Part shown: positions 18,066 to 27,280 of the stretch, piece by piece
Layout of the letters: every line of letters starts with the position of its first letter
Numbering within the stretch: position 1 is the stretch's first letter
Origin: Clostridia bacterium
Lineage (GTDB): Bacteria; Bacillota; Clostridia; UMGS1883
Direction of reading: 5' to 3'
Assembly: GCA_051866635.1 (NCBI GenBank)
Contig: JBJDXJ010000009.1
Span: forward strand, 1-64,000
Length of the DNA stretch: 64,000 nt
Notes under the pieces: model-generated
Seen by the model: only the letters and a program-made list of their open reading frames with translations
Databases searched by the model: none
Told to the model about the DNA's origin: nothing
Made by a program: the position numbers and the translations under genes

Positions 18066-20204
18066 ATGAATATGAAAAGAATTATAAGCACAATCGGGGT
18101 AATAGCGGTAGTATCTGCAAGTATTGTTATACCCCATGTAAGTGCAAAAGAAGTTACAGTTAAGCTTGACGGTGAAGTTGTGGAGTGTCCAACCCCTGCA
18201 AGAGTAGAAAACGGCAGTACAATGATTCCCATGCGTGCAATTTTTGAAGCATTTGGTATGGATGTAGTGTGGAACGATACGGAAAAAACCGTTACAGCCA
18301 CAAAGGATAATGATACAGTTCAGCTTACAATAGGCAAAAATGTTATAGAGGTTAACGGTGAAGAAATTGAAATACCTGTTGCACCTTATATAGATGGGGG
18401 TTACACATTGGTTCCCGTAAGGGCTGTTTCAGAAGGTTTAAATGCCAAAGTAAGCTGGAACGGCTACACAGACGAGGTTTCTATTGTAACAGAGGATTTT
18501 AGCTTTGATGAAGATACATGGAAAGACAATGTAGGTTCAATAAACCTTTCTGATTTAACTTATACAGGTGAAGGCGTAACTGTAATTGAAAATGTTGTTG
18601 TCATTAACAAAGGCGGCGATTTTGAATTAACGGGTGAAAATGCAGATGCAATGGTGTATGTGAACACATACGAAAAGGTTAAGCTTCGCTTAAACGGCGT
18701 AAACCTTACAAATACAACAGGTCCTGCCATTTTCTTTGACAACTGTGAAAAAGCACTTATTACTATTTCTAAGGACAGTGAAAACTTTATCACAGACGGA
18801 CAGGAATATTCCTCTGATGCAAAGGCAGCTATTTTTGCAAATGATGATATTGAAATCAAAGGCTTAGGTACTTTGAATGTAACAAGTAAATCTCATCACG
18901 GAATTGCAAGCGATGATGATATCAAAATTGAAGAAGGTACAATAATCATAAATGCTGAGGAAAAAGACGGTATACATGCAAATAATACTGTTAAAATACA
19001 AGGCGGTTCTGTAACTGTGACAGCTTTTGGTGACGGAATACAAGCGGAAGAAGATGTTGTCATCGAAGGCGGCAGTGTAAATATTACCACGACAGGCACT
19101 GTTACGGAAAGTGGTAAAAGCGGCGAATTTTTCGGCAGAGGAGAAAAGCCACAAAGGAATATGGGCGAAGAAATGCCTGACATGGGAAATAATATGACAC
19201 CATCTGAGGGCTTTAACGGTGAAAGACAAAAGGGCAATAGAATGGAACAGGCTATGCCACAAGGTGAAAATATGACACCGCCCGAAGGTGAACAGAAGGC
19301 TTTTCACGAGGGTGAAAACATGACCCCTCCCGGATGGAATATGACTCCTCCCCAAGGTGAGAGCGTGACAGAGGAAAATACCTCTGATACATCCTCCACA
19401 AAGGGTATAAAAGCTGAAACGGATATTACAATTTCAGGTGGCAATATTGTTGTGAATTCTGCCGATGATGCAATCCACTGCAGTGGCACAGTTAATTTAA
19501 CAGGCGGTGAAATCACCCTTGAGTCTGATAAGGGTAAGGGCATTTCCGCACATGGTGACCTTACAATTAATGATGGTGTGGTTACTGTCACAAAGTCAAC
19601 AGAAGGCATAGAAAGTAAGGCAAACTTTATGATAAATGGCGGAACAATCACAGTTACTGCTTCTGACGACGGTATCAACGCAGGCGGCACAAATTCCAGG
19701 GATGTTGGTGCAAATACAGGTCACGACCTTACAATAAACGGCGGTAAGATTTATGTGAACGCATCAGGTGACGGCATAGATTCTAACGGTGCCATTATAA
19801 TAAACGGTGGTGACATTGTTGTTGAAGGTCCCACAAACAGCGGTAACGGGGCATTGGACAGCGGCGGTGTTATCAATGTAAACGGCGGCACAATTATTGC
19901 GTTAGGTGCAAGCGGTATGGCAGAAATGCCTAATAATACGTCGAAACAGCCCTCCTTTAAGGTTGTAACAGAAGCTAATATTTTAGAGGGCAGTCTTATT
20001 ACAATCAAAAATTCCAAAGGTGAAGAAATTTATTCTTATACAACGGTAAAAGTTGGCAACAGTATTGTGTTCTCCTCTGATAAACTCAATTTAGGAGAAA
20101 CCTATACTGTAAGAGCAGGGGAAAGTGAGTATTCATTAACCCTTGAAAATATAACTACAACCCTAGGCGGTCAAATGGGCGGTTTTGGCGGAAAACGCTG
20201 GTAA
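18066..20204 (+). CDS. Secreted protein: copper amine oxidase-like N-terminal domain plus Cthe_2159/DUF4353-type beta-helix carbohydrate-binding domain with a low-complexity insert
   Basis: Signal peptide, TMIPMRAIFE / TLVPVRAVSE repeats, repeated DGI/KGI/EGIES beta-helix turns, GDGIDSNG, NGALD. Confidence 0.75.
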   Translation: MNMKRIISTIGVIAVVSASIVIPHVSAKEVTVKLDGEVVECPTPARVENGSTMIPMRAIFEAFGMDVVWNDTEKTVTATKDNDTVQLTIGKNVIEVNGEEIEIPVAPYIDGGYTLVPVRAVSEGLNAKVSWNGYTDEVSIVTEDFSFDEDTWKDNVGSINLSDLTYTGEGVTVIENVVVINKGGDFELTGENADAMVYVNTYEKVKLRLNGVNLTNTTGPAIFFDNCEKALITISKDSENFITDGQEYSSDAKAAIFANDDIEIKGLGTLNVTSKSHHGIASDDDIKIEEGTIIINAEEKDGIHANNTVKIQGGSVTVTAFGDGIQAEEDVVIEGGSVNITTTGTVTESGKSGEFFGRGEKPQRNMGEEMPDMGNNMTPSEGFNGERQKGNRMEQAMPQGENMTPPEGEQKAFHEGENMTPPGWNMTPPQGESVTEENTSDTSSTKGIKAETDITISGGNIVVNSADDAIHCSGTVNLTGGEITLESDKGKGISAHGDLTINDGVVTVTKSTEGIESKANFMINGGTITVTASDDGINAGGTNSRDVGANTGHDLTINGGKIYVNASGDGIDSNGAIIINGGDIVVEGPTNSGNGALDSGGVINVNGGTIIALGASGMAEMPNNTSKQPSFKVVTEANILEGSLITIKNSKGEEIYSYTTVKVGNSIVFSSDKLNLGETYTVRAGESEYSLTLENITTTLGGQMGGFGGKRW

Positions 20205-20210
20205 CAACTA

Positions 20211-20254
20211 AAATTGGAGCAAAGTGATTTAAAATAGACACTTTGCTCCAATTT
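20211..20254 (+). terminator. Terminator hairpin
   Basis: AAATTGGAGCAAAGTG...CACTTTGCTCCAATTT, perfect 16-bp stem. Confidence 0.7.
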
Positions 20255-20334
20255 GTTGGTTGAAAAGAATGGTGTGGGATGTTATAATGAGCATATAAGG
20301 TATTTGTTAAGAAAAAAATTTATGAGGTGGAAAA

Positions 20335-21219
20335 ATGAGTAATTTTCAGTTATCTTGCGAATCAACGGTTGATATGCCCTATTCCTACATAACGGGCAGA
20401 AATATTGCGGTTACTTTTTACAATTACATTGTTGACGGTGTGGAATATGTGGACGATATGGGCCGTGACAGCGAAGCTCTTCCCAATTTCCACAAAATGC
20501 TTCGTGAAGGTAAAATGCCTACCACATCACAGATTAATCAGTACACTTATGAGGAATTTTTTGACGAGCTTTTGCAAAAAGGTGATGTGCTTCACCTTGC
20601 TTTCGGCAGGGGCATGTCCGCTTCTGTTGTAAATGCTTGCAATGCCGCAAAAGTGGTTGGGGAAAAATACCCCGACAGGAAGATTATTGTTGTGGACACC
20701 TTGGCAAGTTCCAGCGGATATGGCTTAATTGTTGACTATGCGGCAGATATGAGGGATAGCGGTGCATCTATGGAAGAAATTGAAAAATGGGTCCTTGACA
20801 ACCGCTTAAACGTGCATCATCAGATATATGCAACAGACCTTAACCACCTTCGCCGCGGCGGACGTGTTTCAGGTCCTGCGGCAATGATTGGTACAGTGCT
20901 TGGTATTTGCCCGATTATGCGTCTTAACAAGGAAGGCAGTATTACAGCTTACGGAAAAGTACGCAGTAAGAAAAAGGCAATGGCAGAAACAGTTAAGGTT
21001 ATGGAGGAACACGCACAGAACGGCTACGATTATGACGGCAAGTGCTTCATCTGCCACGCTGATTGTTTGGAAGATGCAGAAACTGTCAAAGCAATGATTG
21101 AAGAAAAGTTCAAAAAGGTTCAGGTTAAAATTTTTGATATAGGCACAATTATTGCGGCACATACAGGTCAGGGAACATTGGCACTGTTCTTCTTGGGTGA
21201 CGACAGATCAAAGCTTTAA
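20335..21219 (+). CDS. DegV-family fatty-acid-binding protein
   Basis: ESTVD, PTTSQ, VVDTL, LRRGGRVS, IAAHTG. Confidence 0.9.
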   Translation: MSNFQLSCESTVDMPYSYITGRNIAVTFYNYIVDGVEYVDDMGRDSEALPNFHKMLREGKMPTTSQINQYTYEEFFDELLQKGDVLHLAFGRGMSASVVNACNAAKVVGEKYPDRKIIVVDTLASSSGYGLIVDYAADMRDSGASMEEIEKWVLDNRLNVHHQIYATDLNHLRRGGRVSGPAAMIGTVLGICPIMRLNKEGSITAYGKVRSKKKAMAETVKVMEEHAQNGYDYDGKCFICHADCLEDAETVKAMIEEKFKKVQVKIFDIGTIIAAHTGQGTLALFFLGDDRSKL

Positions 21220-21245
21220 TCTGACAGAATAAGTACATAAAAAGG

Positions 21246-21526
21246 ACCGAGGATTATTCCTCGGCCCTTTCAGACTGTCGATAAACTTACTTTTATTCAA
21301 TAGCGAAGGGTTCGGGAAAGAAGGTTTCCCGAATAAAATAGGAGCCGGAAATCGCATTTTCGACTCCGAAAGTGGCGATTTTAGGGGGGTCAAAGACCCC
21401 TTGCACGAGAAATTGCCACTTTGTTCCTTAGAAAAAATACAGACCTCAAAGTGCTGAAGGGCATTGCCCGCCTTTGAGGTCGCGTGTCGACATTTCGACA
21501 CGCTAGAACCGAGGATTATTCCTCGG
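21246..21526. repeat. 19-bp direct repeat of a stem-loop (ACCGAGGATTATTCCTCGG at 21246-21264 and 21508-21526) flanking a structured element
   Basis: Identical 19-mers, each the core of a terminator-like hairpin. Confidence 0.85.
21271..21505 (+). mobile_element. Non-autonomous structured repeat element (MITE-like), copy 1
   Basis: About 235 bp, homologous to 44510-44721. Imperfect terminal IR (AGACTGTCGA / TCGACACGCT), multiple hairpins, flanked by a duplicated stem-loop. Confidence 0.7.
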
Positions 21527-22685
21527 TTCTTTTTAGTGCTATTGATGATAAAACAAGTATAATGGGGAAAATTATTGCCGCTAAAAGACCAATATTTAAG
21601 TTGTCGTTAAAAAGGGACGATACAAACCCCGTAAGTGTAGGGCCCGATGAACAGCCTGCATCACCTGCAAGGGCAAGGATGGCAAACATCAATGTTCCGC
21701 CACGTGGGAAAACGCTTGATGCCATTGAAAATACCCCGGGCCAGAGTATGCCTGCTGACAAACCGCACAGTGTACAGCCAATAAGGGATAAAACAGGAAA
21801 GGGTGATACGGCTACTGTTATGTAAGAAGCTATACTTAAAAGACCGCTTAAAATAATGGCTTTACGTAAGTTTATCCTGTGTCCCATTACAGCGTAGGTA
21901 GCACGGGCTATGCCCATAAACAATGCAAACATACATATACCGAATATGTCACCAAATGCTTTTGGTACCCCCAGTGCCTTTTCAACAAAGAAGGATGCCC
22001 ACTGGCTCATTGCTTGCTCGCTTGCACCGGCACTTATCATAAGTATTATGAAAAGTATAAAGAATTTGCTTTTGAACAATTCCTTAAAGCTCATTGACTC
22101 TGATTCTTCCGTCAATTGATTTACGGGAACAATTGAGAATAAACAAGCATTGAAAAGGGGAAGCAACGCCCACAGCACTGATAAAATACTCCAGCTTGTT
22201 TTTCCGAAAATGGCAAGAAACAGTGTGGATATTATAACAACTGCCATAGTACCCCAACAGTAGAAGGAGTGAAGAAGGCTCATAACAGAAGCCTTGTTTT
22301 CTGTGGGACAGGCTTCTGCTATGGGGCTTATCAATACTTCAATAAGGCCGCCTCCGATTGCATAAATAACAACAGATGTTAAAAGTGCAGGGAAGGGAGG
22401 GGAAATACGGGGAAGTATGCCCATTAATATAAGACCTGCGGCAGAGAAAATATGTGCGGCTACAATGCATTTTTTATATCCGATTTTATCGGCAAACGAA
22501 GGTGAAACTGCATCCACTAAAAGCTGTACCAAAAAGTTTATTGTAACAAGAAGTGTTATTTTTGTAAGGTCAACATGGAGTTGTTCGTTGAAAATAACAA
22601 AAAGCAGTGGTGCAAAATTGTTTACAGTTGCCTGTGTTATATAGCCTAAAAAACAGGCATAAAGTGTGTGTTTGTAGTTTTTCAC
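21516..22685 (-). CDS. MFS transporter
   Basis: 389 aa, about 12 hydrophobic helices, ADKIGYKK loop motif. Confidence 0.85.
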   Translation of the reverse strand: MKNYKHTLYACFLGYITQATVNNFAPLLFVIFNEQLHVDLTKITLLVTINFLVQLLVDAVSPSFADKIGYKKCIVAAHIFSAAGLILMGILPRISPPFPALLTSVVIYAIGGGLIEVLISPIAEACPTENKASVMSLLHSFYCWGTMAVVIISTLFLAIFGKTSWSILSVLWALLPLFNACLFSIVPVNQLTEESESMSFKELFKSKFFILFIILMISAGASEQAMSQWASFFVEKALGVPKAFGDIFGICMFALFMGIARATYAVMGHRINLRKAIILSGLLSIASYITVAVSPFPVLSLIGCTLCGLSAGILWPGVFSMASSVFPRGGTLMFAILALAGDAGCSSGPTLTGFVSSLFNDNLNIGLLAAIIFPIILVLSSIALKRTEE

Positions 22686-22686
22686 G

Positions 22687-23508
22687 TTAAGCCTCCCTCT
22701 TTAGGGTGAAAATGAATGTAAAAATAAATACAATAATATTCGCCACTACAATTGATGCACCTGTGGGAAGGTCAAAATAGTAGGATATGATAAGTCCCGA
22801 AATAAAGCAGAAAACAGAAATAATTGATGACGCTATCACAAGGGAGCGGAAACTTTTAACCATTCTTCTGCCTGTTACGGCGGGGAAAATAATAAGGCTT
22901 GAAATTAAAAGTGTACCCATAATTCTCATGCCGATAACAATTGTAATGGCTGTTAAAAATGAAATAAGAAACTGATAGAAATTAACATTTATACCACTTG
23001 CCTCTGCGAAACTTTCATCGTAAGTAATAAGGAAAAGGCGGTTATAGAATATAACGAAAATAACAAGCACAATTATAACAAGGACAATACTTAAAACCAT
23101 GTCGAAATTGCTTGTTGCCAATATACTGCCGAACATATATTCCGTAGGGTCAATATTAAACCCGTTATACAGGCGTGTTATAATAATTCCCAAGGCAAGG
23201 GCAGACGTTGAAACCATACCTATTGCAGTATCGCCCTTTGTGCTTTTCTTTGTTATGTGCATTATTATAAATGATGCACAAATAACAACAGGCAGTGTTA
23301 TTATAATGTGTTTTGCGGGAGAAAGCCCCAATGCAACTGCTAAGCTCACTGCCGCAAAGCTAACGTCCGCAAGACCGTGACCAATCATGGAGTAGCGTTT
23401 TAAAACTAAAATTACACCTAAAAGTGCCGCACAGAATGAAATGGACAGCCCTGTAACCAAAGCACGTGTCATAAAGGGGAGAGAAAACAGTGAAATTAAT
23501 TCTGCCAT
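22687..23508 (-). CDS. Zn/Mn ABC transporter permease (ZnuB-like)
   Basis: LKRYSMIGHGLADVS, YMFGSIL, MGTLLISSLIIFP, DLPTGA. Confidence 0.9.
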   Translation of the reverse strand: MAELISLFSLPFMTRALVTGLSISFCAALLGVILVLKRYSMIGHGLADVSFAAVSLAVALGLSPAKHIIITLPVVICASFIIMHITKKSTKGDTAIGMVSTSALALGIIITRLYNGFNIDPTEYMFGSILATSNFDMVLSIVLVIIVLVIFVIFYNRLFLITYDESFAEASGINVNFYQFLISFLTAITIVIGMRIMGTLLISSLIIFPAVTGRRMVKSFRSLVIASSIISVFCFISGLIISYYFDLPTGASIVVANIIVFIFTFIFTLKREA

Positions 23509-24173
23509 ATCTTATCCCTCCATTCACTAACATCACCTACAAAGTTCACCTGGGAATTATTCATAAGCATAACTCTTGTTGCAAATTTTCCGATTGCCTG
23601 ATAGTCATGTGATGCCATAATTATTGTAACGCCCTGTTTGTTAAGGTCGTGATAAAGGGAGTACAGCTCCTCGGAAATTGAGCTGTCAAGCCCTGCAAAG
23701 GGCTCGTCAAGAAGCATAATACGCGGCGATTTGCACAAGGCACGTGCAAGAAGTACACGTTGCTGTTGACCGCCTGACAAATTCCCTATACGTGTGTTTT
23801 TAAATTTGTCCATCCCCAGTTTTACCATAGATTCTTCAGCTTTCAGTTTGTCGTACTTTGAATAAAAGGGAAGCCTTTTCCCAGGCTTTTGTGTGCCTGA
23901 TAATATGATTTCCCAGACTGTTGCAGGGAAATCCCTGTCTGCCTTGTTAGTTTGTGAAAGATAGGAAATCTGCTCCTTTGGAAAATGGATGTGCAGATGT
24001 CCTTTTTTTATGGGAACAAGCCCTATAATGCCCTTTAAAAGTGTAGATTTACCGCTACCGTTACAGCCTGCAATGCAGAAATAATCCCCCTCGTTTACAT
24101 GGAAGGTTGCATTGTCAACAGCAGTTACGTTGCCGTAGTTTATTGTTACGTTTTTTGCCGTTAAAATTTCCAT
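23496..24173 (-). CDS. Zn/Mn ABC transporter ATP-binding protein (ZnuC-like)
   Basis: GCNGSGKST, LSGGQQQR, LLDEP, SHD. Confidence 0.9.
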   Translation of the reverse strand: MEILTAKNVTINYGNVTAVDNATFHVNEGDYFCIAGCNGSGKSTLLKGIIGLVPIKKGHLHIHFPKEQISYLSQTNKADRDFPATVWEIILSGTQKPGKRLPFYSKYDKLKAEESMVKLGMDKFKNTRIGNLSGGQQQRVLLARALCKSPRIMLLDEPFAGLDSSISEELYSLYHDLNKQGVTIIMASHDYQAIGKFATRVMLMNNSQVNFVGDVSEWRDKIWQN

Positions 24174-25096
24174 TAAGAAAGCCCCTTTGAAAGATTTTCA
24201 AGATTTTTTTCCATAAGATAGACAAATGTTGTGCCCATCTCTCTTTCGTCCTTACTTATATTGTGGCAGGAATGTAAAACAAGAACTTCTGCGTTATTTG
24301 CATTTGCTATTTCTCTTGCCACCTTAGGGTCGGTATATTCCTGGCAGAAAACTGCCTTAATATCATTTTCACTCACAAAAGCGGAAAGACGAGAAATGTC
24401 TGCTATACTGGGTTCTGCATTGGCACTGCATGAATCGTATGCAGAAAGATAATTAATGTTATACCTTCTTACAAGGTAGCCCAAGGCAAATTTTCCACCG
24501 AAGACAATAGTTTTGTCACTTTGTGAAATTGTTTCTTTGTATTTTTCGTCAAGACTCGTTAAATCCGACTTGTATTTTTCAAGGTTTTCTTTAAAATAGC
24601 TTTCGTTTTCAGGTGATATAATGGCTAATGCGTTATATATATTGTCGCACATTACCTTTGCATTGTCAAAGTCAAGCCATATATGGGGGTCAAGAGCGTG
24701 AGCGTGACCCTCTTCGTCCTCATGGTCGTGGTCCGTATCTGGAGAAGAAACAAGTGTAATATTTTCTGATGCATCTAAAATTGTAACATTGCCTTGGACC
24801 GAGGAGGCGATATCACCTGCCCAAGGCTCCATGTTGTCACCTGTGTAAATAAAAAGGTCGCTTTTTGAAATAAGTGCCATGTCGGAAGGGGAAGGGTCAT
24901 AATTGTGACTTTCACTTCCCGGTGGCAGTAAAAGCGTAACACTAACCTTGTCGCCGCCAATTTGCCTTGCAAAGTCAAATTGCGGAAAAAGCGTTGCAAT
25001 AACAGTTATTTTGTCAGTTTCTAAATTTTCTGTCTTACTGCATCCTGAAAAGGGGATGATAAGACAAACAAGTAATAAGCCAAGTAGTTTTTTCAT
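24173..25096 (-). CDS. Zn/Mn ABC transporter substrate-binding lipoprotein (ZnuA/AdcA-like)
   Basis: Lipobox-like FSGC, ESHNYDP, His-rich loop DHDHEDEEGHAH, DPHIW. Confidence 0.9.
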   Translation of the reverse strand: MKKLLGLLLVCLIIPFSGCSKTENLETDKITVIATLFPQFDFARQIGGDKVSVTLLLPPGSESHNYDPSPSDMALISKSDLFIYTGDNMEPWAGDIASSVQGNVTILDASENITLVSSPDTDHDHEDEEGHAHALDPHIWLDFDNAKVMCDNIYNALAIISPENESYFKENLEKYKSDLTSLDEKYKETISQSDKTIVFGGKFALGYLVRRYNINYLSAYDSCSANAEPSIADISRLSAFVSENDIKAVFCQEYTDPKVAREIANANNAEVLVLHSCHNISKDEREMGTTFVYLMEKNLENLSKGLS

Positions 25097-25509
25097 GATT
25101 TACCTCCCATGCACTCCTTGCATTTTCCATAAAATACAGTTTTGGAACAGTCAATTTCAAAACCGTAGTTTGCAAGAGCACTTTCTGCAAATTGCTGTGT
25201 TATTTTCGTGTCAATATGCTCTAATTTGCCGCAAACGTCGCACATTAAATGGTAGTGGGCATGACAGTGGGTGTCTGAACCTAAATACTGATAGTATGAG
25301 GTGTTCTTTTCGCCCAAGGTGTATTTTTTCACTTTGCCCGTTTCTTCTAATTCACGAAGGAAGCGGTACACAGTTGCCCTGCCAACTTTTTCGCCCCTGT
25401 CACGGAGAAGATATACTACATCTTCGGCGGTAACGTGGTTGGGACTATTTTCCAGAACCTCTAAAATTGTGTTTTTCTGTTTAGTGTTGTGATGAACAGC
25501 CATAGCCAT
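25093..25509 (-). CDS. Fur-family metal-responsive repressor (Zur-like)
   Basis: HVTAEDV, GRATVYRFL, HYHLMCxxCG, C-terminal CxxC. First gene of the metal ABC operon. Confidence 0.88.
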   Translation of the reverse strand: MAMAVHHNTKQKNTILEVLENSPNHVTAEDVVYLLRDRGEKVGRATVYRFLRELEETGKVKKYTLGEKNTSYYQYLGSDTHCHAHYHLMCDVCGKLEHIDTKITQQFAESALANYGFEIDCSKTVFYGKCKECMGGKS

Positions 25510-25527
25510 TCTCCTTTTTTATGAAAT

Positions 25528-25570
25528 TGAGACTGAATATCAGTATACATTAAATACAAGAAAAAGTCAA
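25528..25570 (-). promoter_or_regulatory. SigA promoter with overlapping Fur-family 7-1-7 box
   Basis: Minus strand TTGACT (25570-25565), 17 bp, TATACT (25547-25542), then TGATATT-C-AGTCTCA (25542-25528). Confidence 0.6.
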
Positions 25571-25585
25571 CAGTTAAACATAAAG

Positions 25586-25635
25586 AAAAAAACAGGATAA
25601 TTTAAGCTGTAGAGCAGAAATTATCCTGTTTTTTT
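25586..25635 (-). terminator. Terminator of era operon
   Basis: AAAAAAACAGGATAATTT...AAATTATCCTGTTTTTTT. Confidence 0.75.
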
Positions 25636-26533
25636 AATCTTCACTTTCGCTGTAGCCAAATTCTTTTAAGAGGAAGTTGGAGTTACGCCAGTCCTCCTTA
25701 ACCTTAACCCATAATTCCAAAAATACTTTTTTGTCCAAAAGTTTTTCAATATCTGTACGGGCGTATGAACCGATACGCTTTAACATTTCGCCACCCTTAC
25801 CGATAATAATACCCTTGTGACTTGCCTTTTCGCAATATATAACGGCACCGATTTTAGTAAGGCTTTCCCCTTCTTTCATATACTCAATTTCAACGGCTGT
25901 ACCGTGGGGAACCTCCTTGTCCAAAAGACGGAGCATTTTCTCACGGATAATTTCAGAGACGATTTCTCTTTCAGTCTGGTCTGTGATCATATCTTCGGGG
26001 TAGTACATGGGTCCAACGGGCAAAAGCACCTTTATTTCGTCAAGAACTTCATTTATACCGTTTTTACGGAGAGCAGAGATGGGAATAATTGCTTTAAATT
26101 CACCAACTGAGGAGGCATCTGCAATCTGAGAGAGCATATCTTCCTTATTATTCAACGCATCGGCTTTGTTGATGATAAGTATAACGGGGAGCTTTTTATC
26201 AAAAAGGTCTTTTAATATTTCCTTTTCGTTATTCATCAGTTTCTGACCCGCCTCTGTTACAAAAAGCACAGCGTCCACACTGTCAACAGAGTCAGTAACA
26301 ACCTTATTCATATATTCGCCCAGCTTTGTTCTGGGGGAGTGTACACCCGGGGTGTCCACAAAAATTATCTGTGAAGACTCGTCTGTAAGTATGGTTAAAA
26401 CCTTACCTCGGGTTGTCTGTGGCTTATTTGAAACAATGGCGATTTTTTCGCCTGTAAGGGCGTTTAAAAGAGTGGATTTACCAACATTAGGTCTGCCTAT
26501 AATAGTAACAAAGCCTGATTTAAAATTATTCAT
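25634..26533 (-). CDS. era: GTPase Era
   Basis: GRPNVGKST, PQTTR, DTPG, NKAD, KH motif IIIGKGG. Confidence 0.97.
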   Translation of the reverse strand: MNNFKSGFVTIIGRPNVGKSTLLNALTGEKIAIVSNKPQTTRGKVLTILTDESSQIIFVDTPGVHSPRTKLGEYMNKVVTDSVDSVDAVLFVTEAGQKLMNNEKEILKDLFDKKLPVILIINKADALNNKEDMLSQIADASSVGEFKAIIPISALRKNGINEVLDEIKVLLPVGPMYYPEDMITDQTEREIVSEIIREKMLRLLDKEVPHGTAVEIEYMKEGESLTKIGAVIYCEKASHKGIIIGKGGEMLKRIGSYARTDIEKLLDKKVFLELWVKVKEDWRNSNFLLKEFGYSESED

Positions 26534-26544
26534 TATCTTACCTC

Positions 26545-26871
26545 TTATATGTTAATTTCTTTTTTTAACGTGTTTAATGACTGAACCATACTGTCCTTTT
26601 GTGCTTCACTTATATACCCTGTATGGTAAAGGGAGTCAAGATACATCTGCACCTTATCTGAATTAAGTATACTATCCTTACGGAGAGAAGTTATTTCAGC
26701 CTTTGAAAGCTGAGGGTTTTTAAGACAGTATGCACTTTCGCAAAGAAGGCACACCGTGTTAAACAGCCTTTCTGAAATAAGCTTTTCAGACTTTTCCGAT
26801 ATAAGAAAACGGCAAAGGTTTGAGCTTTTCACGAAAAAATCCAAAGAAAGTGTCTTTTCATCCATATACAA
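26545..26871 (-). CDS. Hypothetical protein, possibly a degenerate four-helix-bundle (23S rRNA IVS-protein-like) family member
   Basis: GGAGG RBS. Pattern SLDFxVK...L...KSEKLISERL...YLDSLYHTGYIS resembles that family. Confidence 0.5.
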   Translation of the reverse strand: MYMDEKTLSLDFFVKSSNLCRFLISEKSEKLISERLFNTVCLLCESAYCLKNPQLSKAEITSLRKDSILNSDKVQMYLDSLYHTGYISEAQKDSMVQSLNTLKKEINI

Positions 26872-26877
26872 GCCTCC

Positions 26878-27252
26878 TTAGTTAAACAAAGCGATAGCGT
26901 AGGGAACAAATATGTATAAGCCCAAAGCCGCAGAAAAAACGGCACAGATTAAGGATGCACCTGCGGCAATGTCCTTGGCTTGTCCTGCCAGTGGGTGAAA
27001 ATTCGGCGATGCCAAGTCAACCAGCTTTTCAATGGCAGAATTTGTAATTTCGGCAAAAAGACACAGTGCACAAAGCATATACAAAATGCACCTTTCCCAT
27101 TTTAAAAGGGGAAAAATTATTGAGCATATAATAACAAGAAGTGTCATAACAAGGTCAAAACGGAAATTCCGTTCATCTTTTATAACGGTCTTAATGCCCT
27201 TTAAAGCATATTTTAAGCTGCATAAAAAGGTTTTGTTTTTCATTTTACCCAT
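26878..27252 (-). CDS. dgkA: Prokaryotic diacylglycerol/undecaprenol kinase
   Basis: SLKYALKG, ERNFR, EITNSAIEKLVD, AKDIAAGA. Confidence 0.9.
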   Translation of the reverse strand: MGKMKNKTFLCSLKYALKGIKTVIKDERNFRFDLVMTLLVIICSIIFPLLKWERCILYMLCALCLFAEITNSAIEKLVDLASPNFHPLAGQAKDIAAGASLICAVFSAALGLYIFVPYAIALFN

Positions 27253-27280
27253 AGCCTTTCTACCAAAAAGGTGTAAAAAA

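Noticed and set aside
21208-21501. 97-aa ORF, and similar ORFs 44408-44590, 44440-44643 and 44638-44856
   Set aside because: They lie over the structured repeat. The shared peptide fragments simply reflect the DNA repeat, and the frames are not conserved between copies.
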